This document shows positions 1 through 12,395 of a DNA stretch of 64,000 nt, piece by piece. Numbering within the stretch: position 1 is the stretch's first letter; each line of letters opens with the position of its first letter. The notes beneath the pieces are model-generated. The model saw nothing but the letters and a program-made list of their open reading frames with translations. It made no database searches and was not told where the DNA came from. The translations under genes were made by a program, and so were the position numbers. Source of the DNA: Hemiscyllium ocellatum (Eukaryota); the NCBI RefSeq assembly GCF_020745735.1, contig NC_083422.1, forward strand, positions 19,592,001 to 19,656,000. Reading direction: 5' to 3'.

Positions 1-1244
1 TCTTCAGATGCTTTGTCGCATTCTCATCAGCCCCAACCAAATCATGGCTACCAAGAATTACATATTCCATTTTATCATAAATCTTTATTTTCTGATGAAA
101 GACACAATTAAGGAAAACAGGCATTGCTGTTTGCTTTAAATCCTTTGTGCAAATGAAAAAAATCAAATTAATCTCAAATTATCTTTAACTGAGGACATTT
201 TAATTTGCTTTTACTGATGAAATTGTGAAGTTGCAAACTGTACTTCTGTCAATGGTTGAATAGTACACATTGTGGGCCATGTTCCTAATGAGGGACTAAG
301 CAAAAAAATCCTATTTTCAATTATTGGTAGAATTGTGAATGCATTAATTGTCTTGTGTTTACTACTACCTTATCCATAGTGGGAAGGAGTAAATTTCCTT
401 CAAATTGCTTTTCTGAAAGGAAATGTAGTGAAGTGGTAGCACAATGGTGTTTGATTCCAAAAGAAGGCAGGGGTTTTGATGAGCAGGCTGCCAAAAGTTA
501 CGTATTAAGATACTAATCTTTGTTAAGATACTTTGTTTGTGTCCCAAAGAAACTGGGAGGAAATGAGAAACAGAATTTCCTGCACAAGGCTGCCTGTAAT
601 AACACTTCACACTGGTTGCAACAAAGAAATGTGATTCCTACACTTAAAAGGAACTAGGCTGTCCTATTTAATTCAGTGTTAAAACAGTAGCATTTGCACA
701 TACTGCATCCTCTTACACACTTCCACGTTTTTCAAAGTTAAACACTGCTCGATGTTCCCAAAGAGCATTCTTTGCTGCTTCTATTAAGTTGTTTCGTAAA
801 AGTAATTTTGCATGTAATACAATGTGAAAACACCTGTTGCTACTGCCCAACCCTGAAAATCTGGCCTTTATGAAGGGGTGTCCTGATAAAGTGAAGAGAG
901 CTTGAACCATGCCTCATTGCCATCTCATTTAACATTTGCTTTATATTACAGCTTAATAGATTTTTTTAATTACACTGTTTCTTATATTTAGATTGAATAG
1001 GTGAATACTTTCAAGAAGAAATGAGTGCTTTTCCTTTCTCATCATAATTTGAATAACTTAACTTTGATCATTTGTTTCATTTCAACAACTCTTACAGTAT
1101 CCTGGTTAACATATATCTGTTTCGCATTTAAAAGAACCACTTGTCTCTTCATTCCTTGATTTGTATGACATCACAGGATGATTACAGAATGAAACTCATA
1201 GTGGGATGCAACCCCCTTCAATCCTCAGCTATTATTATAGCTTG

Positions 1245-1465
1245 CTGAAAATGTGTTGCTGGAAAAGCGCAGCAGGTCAGGCAGCATCCAAGGAACAGGA
1301 AATTCGACGTTTCGGGCATAAGCCCTTGATCAGGAATTCCTGATGAAGGGCTTATGCCCGAAATGTCGAATTTCCTGTTCCTTGGATGCTGCCTGACCTG
1401 CTGCGCTTTTCCAGCAACACATTTTCAGCTCTGATCTCCAGCATCTGCAGTCCTCACTTTCTCCT
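1245..1465. mobile_element. Penelope-like element (PLE) terminal fold-back: palindromic mini-copy A
   Basis: 93-bp inverted arms 1244-1336/1337-1429 with 2 mismatches, centred on GGAATTCC. Unpaired 36-nt tail 1430-1465. 16-bp direct repeat CTATTATTATAGCTTG at 1229-1244 and 1466-1481. Same terminus as the GIY-YIG-bearing copies at 13.6 kb and 48.7 kb. Confidence 0.85.
1336..1371 (+). ncRNA. Minimal type I hammerhead ribozyme motif (PLE-associated)
   Basis: ATTC-CTGATGA(1340-46)-A-GGGC-TTAT-GCCC-GAAA(1360-63)-T-GTC(1365-67)-GAAT. Stem I is ATTC/GAAT. The C after GAAA has decayed to T. Confidence 0.7.
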
Positions 1466-3724
1466 CTATTATTATAGCTTGTCAACAATGTGCAGAATTT
1501 TTTTCTAACAAGAGCTCTTTTCAGCTTTCTAATATTCCTATAGCAAAACTTGGAATTAACAGGGTACTCGTTGCTACTTCAGATTTTTCCAGTGTTAATT
1601 ATAACTGTGTACAACACGGTGAAGATGCATATCTGTGTAGGAGGCAAAACCCTCAACAGAGTAGCTCCCAAAACAGTAAATCGTGTACTTTAAAGTAATA
1701 TGAGCTCTCACCCTTTGATGAACAGGTAAGGAAATTATTCATAATGCAGAAGGAAATGTAGTGTTGATTTATTCAGGAAGGAGAACTTGTGCTCAATTTT
1801 GGGATCTGGCATTAGGTTAAGACTGAAAGATCTGATACAGAAACAGTTTCAACCTTCACAAGGCTTTTATGCAACCAGGTCCTTTTGAGCAACATGCAAT
1901 ATCCTTATTTGCAATATCAGTCAGAGTTTGGTCCACTGAAACACCAGACAGGATGTACATGCTTTGTTTGCCAAGAAAAATACTTAGGAAAGGAGGACGT
2001 TTTTATTAGGCTTTCTTTTAGGCTTTATTGGTGGCATTCATGTTGTATCAAGACTCCTGAAAATAACCAGTGAAAAACCTAAGCAGCTATCACAGAAACA
2101 ATCAATCAATCAATGTGGTCCCAATGTGGCTAAGGTATAAGAAGTCAAGAAAATGTTGAATTTGCTGCAAAGAAATGGCATGGATAATTGTACAGGCAAG
2201 GAGACAAGTGCTCTTTTTCTAATAATATAGCAGACACAATGTTAACCAGAATATTGTAACATTTGTAGAAATGAAATAAATTATCTAAGTTAAATTATTC
2301 AAATCGATAACAAAAGAGAAAGCACTCCTTTCTATTTACAGCTCTGTGACTTTTTCTACATTCAGTTCAGGATGTTGCAATATCAAGTGCATTACAGTTG
2401 AGTGATATTTTTGGAATTCATTTCAAGTATTCCTATAGGCTGGTGGTTTGTAAATTTCTAAGAAAGGCAGATAATTTTCTCAATTTGATTTCCAAACAGA
2501 GGAAAAGATGGCTGACCACTTATTTCAAATGATACTCTTCTGCCTGCAGCCATGCATTTTTATGCTATCGTTTTAACCCAAATATATAACATATCCATTT
2601 GTTCATGGATTACCTCTAAATCTAGTTCAAATTTTCCCTTAATCAGGAAACACATATTTAGTAGCAGTTTTAAAATGTATAAAAATCCCTTTAGACAAGC
2701 TCGTTAATACATGTATAATATTCACAAAATGTCTGCCTTATAACAATAAAGGTTGCACAAGGCTGCCCTTCTTTGAAGTTTGTTGGCCTTTCTGCAACCA
2801 GTCCTTCCTGCCAAGAACTGAATGGGTTAGTAATTTGTGAAATACAACAGGTTTCTCTAATGTTTATCATTTGCAGGAAAGGGACAGCGTTCTTTCTTGC
2901 CAACATAAATTGTCTGCTAACAAAGATAATAAGTGACTAAAGAATCAATAAATGGTTCTACAACAGTCAAAGCAATATATCTTGCAGTTCCCTTTAATTA
3001 ACTCCAAAATTAGGTCACAAAGTAATCAGAAGCCTCACCTAATTTATGACTAGATGCATTTATATAGTGTTTTTAATGTAAAAAATATCACTGAGACATT
3101 TTAAAGAGGGATAGGCAGCTTAATGAATGGATGCTAATGGTGATTTGGAGGAGGGGTTGTGCAAACAAAATGGCAGAATTTGAGGGCAGAGTGCATGGGC
3201 AGTGTTGAGGGATGGGGAGGGTATGAGTGCTCCAAGGACTACTGAATGTTAGAGAAATACGGAGGTTATGAGATCATGGAAGGATTTAAAATTTAATATC
3301 AATGGCAGTTTCATCACATCTGGAATAATTTCTGTTATCCATGTTTGGACTAAGATTAATGAATGATACCTATTAATGAATCCTCAGGACTCCATGCAGC
3401 ACAATAAGGATGGCAACATCAAAGCAGGGCACAATCTTCAAATGCCCTGCTTCCATACTGAGTCCCTTCTCTGTCGCTTCCAACTCCAACCTTCTGGAAA
3501 CTGCGTCTTTGGATTGCCCCTTACATAGTGGAGTTGGAATTGAATCATGTAATTCCCCAATCCACCTAATTGCACGGGATATCTGGAATTACAAAGTGTA
3601 ATGAGCTGGCTGCGGTATATTGCCATACACAGACAGCATGACATCAGACTCTCACTCACACTACGTCTCCAAATTAATACTGGGACCAGTAAACTGGAAC
3701 AGAATTTATTGTCACTTTGATTAG

Positions 3725-4030
3725 TTTATAAGAATGGTAACAGGGATGTGGGACTTTCCATTTGGAGAAATAAAAGAAGCTGGGATTGTTCTCTCTGGAG
3801 GAGACATGGTTGATGGAGGTTTGATAAAGATATTCAACATTTGGAAGTATTTTGATTGTATAATTAGGGAGTAGCTGTTTCTAGCAGTGCGAAGGATTAG
3901 TAACCATTTGGCAAAATTATCAGGGAAACGTGGAAAAATAGTTATGCAGCGAGTTGTTATGGTCTGGAAAGCACTGCCTGAAAGTGTGGCTGAAACAAAT
4001 TCCATCGTAACTTTCTGGAAATAAATAGCC
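3725..4030 (+). mobile_element. Decayed CR1/HER1 LINE 3' fragment
   Basis: KLGLFSLEE...LIKIF remnant followed by a typical CR1 3' region. Confidence 0.65.
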
Positions 4031-4688
4031 CTGATGGAATCCAAACTGAGCAGGTCATTGAGAAGTAAATACAGCTCGCTGAGGCACTACTCTAATGTCC
4101 TCATTTACATTCCCCAGCAGTCTTTGATGGATTCAAACCAGATGACATTTCTATTTTGAGTGATACCAACTTTTAAATTGCATCCCCTTTAGCATTACCC
4201 TAAGGGATTGAAAGCATCTTCTTTACAGATGACAGAAGCAAATGGCCATTTTACTACCTTAGCCATGCACTTCATGCTCAGAAAATAATCCCTGATCAGT
4301 ACCACCCTTCCTCTAACAAGTCCTTTCCTGTCTATATGTTTTTCAAAAGTATGCATTGCCTTCCATGTTGTCCATGAATCTATTTTCATGCACTCTCCTT
4401 ATTCCTCCTATTTCCCTTTTTAGATTTTCTTTATAATGAACTCTAGATTATCTATGAGTTATGAAAGTTGCATGCAGTATATACTCCTGTCCCTATTTCA
4501 TTTCAAGCTCTTTATTTTCAGTCATGCAGACAGCTCTAGCTCTAATCTTGCTTACACTTCCTTTTCCCTTCATGACAACATTGAGTCATGATTTAATGAT
4601 CTCATTGTGCTTTTAAAAGTTTAATTGTGTTTAAAAAGTAAGGTTACAGGTGTCAACAATTCAAATACCGTGCAATTTGATTTAGCTA

Positions 4689-4745
4689 CCTCCCCCACTC
4701 CTCCCCCCCCACGCAACCCCCCCCCCCCCCCCCCCCCCCACTTCC
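4689..4745. repeat. Poly-C / C-rich tract
   Basis: Run of more than 20 C with C-rich flanks. It produces the poly-Pro ORF at 4625-4813. Confidence 0.9.
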
Positions 4746-4809
4746 CTGCTGAAACCCCAACCTCTCCCTTACCATTTGTGGTCTCTAATGCCCTTAACAG
4801 GCTTTGTAT

Positions 4810-4990
4810 GTAAATTAATCAATTGGAAAGCAGGGTGGGATTTACTGGTAGTGGTTAATAGATGGAAAAAAGTGGGTGATTTAGTGATGGGAAGAAAAAG
4901 ATTTCACTTGTGCGTAAGAGTACATCTGGATAAATTAAAAAAAATAATTGTGCAATGATCAAGGATTTCTCATTGAGCAAAAATAGATTA
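4810..4990 (+). mobile_element. Highly decayed CR1 RT fragment
   Basis: Resembles the CR1 'VDVVYLDFQKAFDKVPH.RL..KI' region, heavily mutated. Confidence 0.35.
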
Positions 4991-5509
4991 ACAAATGATT
5001 AATGGAAATTATTAGCTTATTCTTTTATCAAAACAAAAGTATTTTATGAAAGACAGCAATACTCCGTTCCCCTTGAGGTTAAATTAAGTACCACAGACCA
5101 AATCTCAGTTTAAAGAAAGGACCAGCCAAAACTCTCCAGAAGGAATCGGAGTTGGTTTTTCAAGAATTACAGTTTGGAACTCAACATCCTGCATTTTACT
5201 TCACAAACAGCTTTTTAAACTATTCATAGAAGAGAGTAGTGCTGATCAAAGAAATAGTTGTGAAAATATATCATGTTTTGCATTGTTCAGTTTTAAGAAA
5301 CTTGTACAGAAATTTGTAGTAGGTAGTAGTCTTTGATTAAGTGAGGTGGGTTAAGAAGACATCTTCTATAAATGTTTAAGCATTTGTAAAATCTGACCTC
5401 TATTTTAGGTTTTCCTTTTTCTCAACTTTCTTCAATTGGTACTCTTATTGAATTTGTATTTAAAAAAGCTTTCTGCCCCCAACAAAACATAACTTATGAG
5501 CAGAACGAA

Positions 5510-5800
5510 CACTCCAATACAGCACTAAGAATGAGCTGCATCATCAGAGCATTGGATAAAGTACTGGTCACTTCAGCTTGCACTGTACTGCTCATTCAGT
5601 TGGATGTTAAAAGTCCAATGCACTATTCCGTTAGGAACAATACAGAGCTTTCTTATTGTTGTGATCAACATTCCTTACATAACCGACACCAGCAAAAGCA
5701 GGTGAACTGGTCATTTATCTCAAAGGACATTATTGATATATTGTCTATAAAACATTCATTGCACTTTGAAATTCATGTGTGAAGTATCTTCCTGGGACAT
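5510..5800 (+). mobile_element. Old Deu-domain SINE (SacSINE1/AmnSINE1-like) relic
   Basis: Motifs 'cagcactaagaatgagctgcatcatcagag' and 'ggatgttaaaagtccaatgcactatt' resemble the Deu core. Similar to 43825-44100. Confidence 0.4.
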
Positions 5801-6042
5801 GACAGTATGAGAAAGTGTTATGAAATAGAAAAAAAATTATTCATGGACCAAACTCAGCTAGTTGCCTCTCATTCAGACTTGTCCATTATTTCTCTACAAT
5901 AAATACTCTAATGGCCTCTTGAACTCATTTTATTGTGCATACAATAGTCCCTGGTAACCTGCTCCAAATCCAATGTGTGAAAAGTGTTACCACAACTGAA
6001 TCATTCTTATCTAATTTTGTTTTAATTAACCGAAATGAAATG

Positions 6043-7845
6043 TGATAAGTTCCTGAAACAGATGAGCTTCATCCCAAAGTTTTAAAGGAGGTGGATAGAG
6101 AAAGGTGCATTTATGAATCTCTTTCAAAATCCTACAGATTTTCTGGAAAGGTTCCTGCAGGTTGGAAAGTCATAAATGTAACTCCACGATTCAACAAGGG
6201 TGTAAGAGAGAGGATGGAGAACTGCAGGTCTGTTAGTTGGACGTCCATAGTGGGAAAATGTTGGAATCTATTACAAAAAGGATGTGATAACAACATTTGG
6301 AAAAGAACTATAAAATTTGGCAGTCTCAACTTGGATTTTTGGAAAAAAATCAAGTTTGACAAATTTGTTGCAGTTTATTTAGGATGTTATTTGGGCATTG
6401 AAGTAGACAGGTAGGAGGCTGGAAGAATGCAGCAAGCCACGCAGCATCAGGAGGTGGAGAGGTCGACATTTCAGGTGTAAACTTTCTTTAGGAATGGGGG
6501 TGAATGTAGGGGGAGCAGTAGATAAAGAGGGAGGCAGGGCAGGGTGGTGAAGTGGAGATAGGTGAAGACAGGTAGAGGGTACAACTTGGTTGGTCAATGG
6601 GAGAAATGAATCCAGTTGGTGGCAGGGAGTAGTGAAAAGGGGTGGGAAGGGCTAGAAGGGAATCAGGGGATTGTGAAGGAAATTATTCAAAATTGGAGAA
6701 CTCAATGTTGAGTCCTCCAGGTTGTAGGGTGCCCAGGTGGAAGATAAGATGTTGTAGGGTCTATTTGAAGTTGGCGGAAGTGTTTGACGATGATGTGTTG
6801 GTTGAGGAGACTGGTGGGTGGTAGACACTGGTACAGGCGAAACATTAGATGGGATGTATTTAGATTTTCAGAAAAGTCACATGAAGGAGGTTAATAAATA
6901 AGATTAGACTGTGTGGAATTGGTATGAGTTGACAATTAGTTAACAGTCAGAAAGCAGACAGAAAGATAAAAGGAAGGACCATTCTCGGATGGCAAGCTGC
7001 TGCTAGTGGAGCATCACAAGGATCAGTGCCAGGGTCACTGCTGTCCGTAAGCCTCATGAATGATATGACTTCGCAGACCAATATTTCCAAATTCTCATGA
7101 CCCAAAACTGGGTGGGAAAGTATGCAGTGAGGAAGACATAAAGAGGCTTCAATTGGACTTGAACAGGCTCAGTGAACACAGCAGAACATGATAGATGATA
7201 CTTAATGTGATCAAGTGTGAAGTTATTCACTTTAGTGGAAAATAAAGGTAAAATAATTCTTAAGTGTTGGGAAGTTAGGAAATGTTGGTATTCAAAGGGT
7301 CATGTGTCTTCTTAATCAAGTGTTGCTCAAAGTTAGCATGCAGATGCAGCAATCAATTAGGAAGGCAAACTGCATTATGGCTTTCATTGCAAAAGGTTTT
7401 GCGTACTGATGTGAAGATATGTTTTTCTGCAATTTTATATAGCTTTGATGAGGACTCACCTTGATGAGGAGCATTGTATGAAGTTTTGATCCCCTTGACT
7501 AAAGAGAGATACACATATCATGGAGGCACTGCAATGGAGCTTCACCAGATTGAGATTATTTGATGAAAAGACTGGCCCTCCTGTGTTCTCTGAATGAGGG
7601 ATAACCACACTGAACTTATAAAATTCTTGTAGAATGTGACAGGGTAGGTGCAGTTTAAATGTTTCCCTTGGCTTGTGAGTTTAAAACCAGGGGACATAAT
7701 CTCAAGGTAAGGAGAAAATAATCTATGACCGAAATGAGGAGGAATTTCTTTATTCAGAAGATGGTACTCTTTGGAATTCTCTACCCCAGAGGGCTGTGAA
7801 AGCTCAATCGTTGAGCATATTCAAAACAGAAATCATTTGAGATTT
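6043..7845 (+). mobile_element. CR1/HER1 LINE RT region, interrupted by a PLE at about 6411-6840
   Basis: VPAGWKVINVTPRFNKG...ENCRSVSWTSIVGK (ORF 6091-6414), YLDFQK remnant at about 6856, SGASQGSV at about 7005, then the CR1 3' region. Confidence 0.85.
6411..6760 (-). mobile_element. Penelope-like element fragment (GIY-YIG C-terminus and decayed hammerhead terminus)
   Basis: Minus strand at about 6682-6755 reads QHLIFHLGTLQPGGLNIEFSNFE*, matching the other PLE copies. Terminus CTAAAGAA...CCTGAAATGTCGA...GATGCTGC. Confidence 0.75.
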
Positions 7846-7904
7846 CTGAGTGGTCTATTCCTGTTTGACTATACATTTTCTTGAGAAATGGGAAATCTAA
7901 AGTT

Positions 7905-7975
7905 AATATAGGAACTTCTGGAAATGCTTAACAGATCAGTTAGAGTTAACATTTCTTGTTAAAGACCTTTCATCA
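7905..7975 (-). mobile_element. Decayed short hammerhead-headed PLE-like repeat
   Basis: Minus strand TTGATGAAAGGTC...GAAATGTTAACTCT, related to 20562-20696. Confidence 0.4.
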
Positions 7976-7977
7976 AA

Positions 7978-8291
7978 AGCAAGGTGGCTCAGTGGTTAGC
8001 ACTGCTGCATCATAGCACCAGGGTCCCAGGTTAGATTCCAGCCTTGGGTGACTGCCTGTGTGGAGTTTGCACATTCTCCCCGTGTCTGCGTGGGTTTCCT
8101 CCAGGTGCTCCGGTTTCCTCCCACAGTCCAAAGGTGTGCAGGTCAGTTGAATTGGCCATGCTAAATTGCCCAAAGTGTTAGGTGCATTATTCAGAGGGAA
8201 ATGGGTCTGGGTGGGTTACTCTTCGCAGGGTCGGTGTGGGTTTGCTGGGTCGAAGGGCCTGTTTCCACACTGTACAGAACCTAATCTAATC
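7978..8291 (+). mobile_element. HE1-type V-SINE (tRNA-derived)
   Basis: A-box GGTGGCTCAGTGGTTAG, V-domain TGTGTGGAGTTTGCACATTCTCCCCGTGTCTGCGTGGG, CR1-like tail ending in (AATCT)n. Confidence 0.95.
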
Positions 8292-8859
8292 ATAAATTTA
8301 AGCAATGGGAGTATTCTACATATTTAGCGAAATTCCCCACAGAACATAATTAGATTTTAATGTTAGCCATCATTTCTTTTGTTCCTTGATTTACTTTCTT
8401 GTGTTTTATTTACTTTCCTTTTCAGACTTTGTCCATTAGACCCACTGCCAACAATGTGAGATGATGGAGTGCAAAGCAACATATTTATCAAGCCAAACTA
8501 AACACAGACTTCAGGACTGAGTCCCAATGATATTAAGAGATACTTTGAAAGAATGTGAAGGAAAATACTTCCTGTGTTACACTATGTGCCTTGTTCATGT
8601 TGTGGCAGTTAGTTGGTTTTCAAACAGTGTTTGAATGTCTTACATGATGTACTTACATTTATGATCTATCATACCAACTTTGGGGAACAAGTACAAACCA
8701 AAGTTAGAATAAACATACCAATATAGGTAGTAACACATTTGTGGGCTTAGAATTCATATTGGGACTTATATACAAAAGCTCCCTATGTCTCAGTACCTTC
8801 CTCGTGCCCAGTAAATTAGATAGTAAACATTAATTGTGGCTTCACCCAGCATACACACT

Positions 8860-9020
8860 TGTACTTTCCAACAACTATTCACTGGCCAGTGACTTGGAGC
8901 AATAATTGTATCTCATTTCTCCAACCTTAGCCCAGGAGATCTGAATCCACCACACTAACCCCAGGTCAGCTAACCTAAACGGATTAAGCCTATGGTTGCA
9001 GTCTATGGCCCATTCCATCA
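8860..9020 (-). mobile_element. Ancient SINE-like repeat fragment (unnamed)
   Basis: Degenerate 'ggtcagctaacct...ggattaagcct...gtctatggccc'. Similar material at 17880-18150. Confidence 0.3.
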
Positions 9021-9718
9021 TCAGGCTACCAGAGAAGCAAAATCCTTTTTAAGTAATGTTTGCGAGAATGTTAAGTAAAAGGAATTGCAGGACACAATCA
9101 AGGTTGAAAATAGGAGGAGGAAGGTGTGTCAGGAAGCACTGATTAGGTGACACAAAAATCTAAAGAATATATGTTTAAAAAGGGAGAGATAAAGGGTTAT
9201 GTAGTTCTGAAGTTCTGGAAAAGAAAAAGTTGGAATAGAGATAGAGCAAATAGTGATTTTGGCAGCGTGGATCGAGCACCTATCAGATGGTGACAATGGG
9301 GTTATGTATGTTGTGAAATGAATCATACAAATAAATGAATCAGCAACAAATGAGCAAAAGATATGAGTCACAAGGCTAGGTTACTTGTAAAACTTTCCAG
9401 TATTTGGTTGCATGGCTTATAAAGCTGTGAGAATATCTGCGACACTTTGTTGAGTACCACCAGCTTTGCGGTGAAGAATAAAGAACACTTGATAGGAGCA
9501 AGAAGCTGTGGCAATGGGAACATTGAGCACAGCAAGGGGATTTGGAAAAGAGCCAGAAATTCAATGTTAAAAATGTTGCTGCTTCCCTTTGACCATTCAT
9601 CATTGCTGAGGTCATTCAGTCACATTATGGGGAAAATCCTGATATCTGTCCATATGGCTGTGCTAATAATTTGTTTGTATGCAGGATGCTAATGTTGGGC
9701 CAGACTCTCTGTGATCTA

Positions 9719-9830
9719 GGCAAAAGTGAGGACTGCAAATGCTGGAGATTCGAGTCTAGAGTGTGGTGGAGAGCAGGTCAGGTAGCAGCTGAGGAGCAGG
9801 AGATTCAACGTTATAGGCAAAAGCCTTGCA
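9719..9830 (-). mobile_element. PLE terminus fragment
   Basis: AAAGTGAGGACTGCAAATGCTGGAGA...GCAGGTCAGGTAGCA is the reverse complement of the PLE tail seen at 1381-1465. Confidence 0.75.
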
Positions 9831-11201
9831 CTAAATGTTCTCATATTTGCAACCCCACTTGGAGGAGCGGAAAAAATAATGCTCATGGGAGCAAAGATAA
9901 CAATAATATCAAGGAAAGAGGAATAACAACAAATTTTGATGTTCAGGTTGAAGGTAAGTGGGTATCAGGTGATAAGCTTTTCTGGCATAGCCTCTATTTA
10001 TTTGAAGTTATCACAGTATTTACTAATTATGTGAAAAGCCTCAGTGACAATTTGCATAACCCTGAGCCAAAATCTATCATTGCTCTTGAAAGTTCAGTCT
10101 CAAATCATTGGAGTCAGAGCAGATTAGTTTAACTGTTCCATTTGAATTGATTCATTTCCAGACTATTACATAAGATGTAATGAATATTCTACAAATTGTA
10201 CAACCAATTCCTGTTAAATGGGTTACAACACTATTTATTTACTGATTGGTAATGGTCACAATGTTGACTTGTGTTGAAATATTAAGGTTATGTTAAGCCT
10301 TGATTTCCTTCACAAAGTTATTTTAATTTGGATAACCATTACAAACTAGAAAATCCAAGGTAATGCTCATGCATAACAACACAAAAAAAAGGTTCAAAAT
10401 TAAAGTCTTAAAATTAAAGTGATATACATTGGGAGAAAAAGCAGAAAATGTTACTTCATATGATGTGCAGATGAGTTAACATTGCACAATTCACTAAATT
10501 GTCGTTTGTTAAGATGCTAAAATATCTTGTACATTTCCATTACAATTGCTTCTAACAGTAATTTTTATAATTATTAGCTACTATTGTATGAGATCTTGAT
10601 CTGCAATTTAACATTGGATGTTTTCATTAATAATGGATCATGGTTGCTTAACACTCCCTTGTGATAGGAAAGTAAGTAAAGAGTCTCTCTTTAATGTGGG
10701 GCTAAACCTAGCAATCTCACACACCTAGGAGAAGGAAACTCTCAAAAGGTGTTATGCTAGAGATATCTGAAATACATTTGCTAGTGTTTTGTCCGCTTAC
10801 TTAATCTAGCTAATCTCTTTCCAACTTCCCGCTTGCACCTTCACTCCTTACAATTCCATGTATCTTCATGTTGTTATGCCTCACCTGGGTGACAAACTGG
10901 AAATCACTATTCCTGAAGTCAGCATAAAAGTTAGAATTTCCTTTTAAATAACTATGCAGAATTCCCCAATTTACCTGACTTTCAGATCCAAATTGTCAGA
11001 ACGTGCAGACCAGTTTTCTGTACTGAGCAAGAATTTCTATTTCTTACAAATAAATATACAGGTACTCAAGGTACAGGTAAACAATTATGAACCATTGGCA
11101 TATAATGACCAATTAAAACTCTAACCCCTTATAAACTCCACATTACAGACATGTATAAGAACATGAATTAAATGGGTAAAGGGAAAGACTAAATGGGTAA
11201 A

Positions 11202-11515
11202 GGGCGGCACGGTGGCACAGTGGTTAGCACTGCTGTCTCACAGCGCCTGAGACCCGGGTTCAATTCCCGACTCAGGCGACTGACTGTGTGGAGTTTGCAC
11301 GTTCTCCCCGTGTCTGCGTGGGTTTCCTCCGGGTGCTCCGGTTTCCTCCCACAGTCCAAAGATGTGCAGGTCAGGTGAATTGGCTATGCTAAATTGCCCG
11401 TAGTGTTAGGTAAGGGGTAAATGTAGGGGTATGGGTGGGTTGCGCTTCGGCGGGTCGGTGTGGACTTGTTGGGCCGAAGGGCCTGTTTCCACACTAAGTA
11501 GTCTAATCTAATCTA
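11202..11515 (+). mobile_element. HE1-type V-SINE, young full-length copy
   Basis: GGGCGGCACGGTGGCACAGTGGTTAG head, B-box GGTTCAATTCC, V-domain, (AATCT)n tail. Most CpGs are retained. Confidence 0.97.
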
Positions 11516-12229
11516 AAAACTAGGAAAACAGCTCAACTGTCCCTGCTCACAGAATTTGCTGAGATGATCTGATGCTGATTAGAGCACAGCTCAATATTTC
11601 TTCTCTAGATGTTTGCAGGAGGCACAGGGTGACTGGTTATAAAGGCTTCTAATTTATTTACTTAGAAATCATAGCCTGCAACATTTACTGACGGGAAAAT
11701 GAATACATTTTCTCCAGGCTTAAAGTGCACAGAACAAAGACAAGTTTCTGAGTTTGTGGAGTTCTCGTGGTTCTCTGTATCTTGTTCACAGTCCCAAACT
11801 GTTCAGTTTTTTGGAAGCCATCTACACAGTTGTTGGCAGGCAGAAAACCTTTGTCATTGAGAATGTTTCTATAGTTTACGGACAAATCAGCTACTTCTTG
11901 TCAGCTGAATTTACATTTGTATGAAGCTCTTGGTTCTAACTTTACTGCAAACCATCTTCTATTCCGTCAGGCAACTATAAACAATGCCTACAATGGGTGT
12001 CAATTTAGTTGCTTTCAAAAAGTGCACCAATCCTTCAATATTCCTTGATTGCTAAAACTGTTCTTCTCCTATTTCAGTCCACAATTTAAAAAACAGAAGT
12101 GAAACAATACAATCTTTACAATGTTATCAGCAAATTTGAAACATGGCTTTCTACTGCATCACTTAAATTATCAACAAATCAGTTGAACAACTGGTGTCTC
12201 TTCATACATCCTTGTGGGGCACCTTTAGT

Positions 12230-12395
12230 AGCACAGCAGGTCAGGCAGCATCCAAGGAATAGGAAATTCGACGTTTCGGGCTTATGCCCGAAACGTTGAA
12301 TTTCCTATTCCTTGGATGCTGCCTGACCTGCTGTGCTTTAACCAGCAACACATTTTCAACTGTGATCTCCAGCATCTGCAGACCTCATTTTTTTA
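12230..12395. mobile_element. PLE fold-back mini-copy B
   Basis: Inverted arms centred on GGGC-TTAT-GCCC (12278-12289). 14-bp TSD CACCTTTAGTAGCA at 12220-12233 and 12396-12409. Confidence 0.85.

Noticed and set aside
713-910. Minus-strand ORF with protein-like stretch (LLLRNNLIEAAKNALWEH) and a GTAAGA donor
   Set aside because: No recognisable family, weak acceptor and no compatible neighbouring exon.
1244-1429. Palindrome as a DNA-transposon MITE, pre-miRNA or terminator
   Set aside because: The 16-bp TSD, the asymmetric tail and identity with GIY-YIG-linked termini indicate a Penelope-like retroelement.
4625-4813. Proline-rich ORF
   Set aside because: Artefact of the poly-C tract.
7978-8050. 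tRNA gene (A/B boxes)
   Set aside because: It is the tRNA-derived head of an HE1 SINE, with no complete cloverleaf.
9671-10132. 153-aa ORF
   Set aside because: Partly built from an antisense PLE fragment, with no domain signature.
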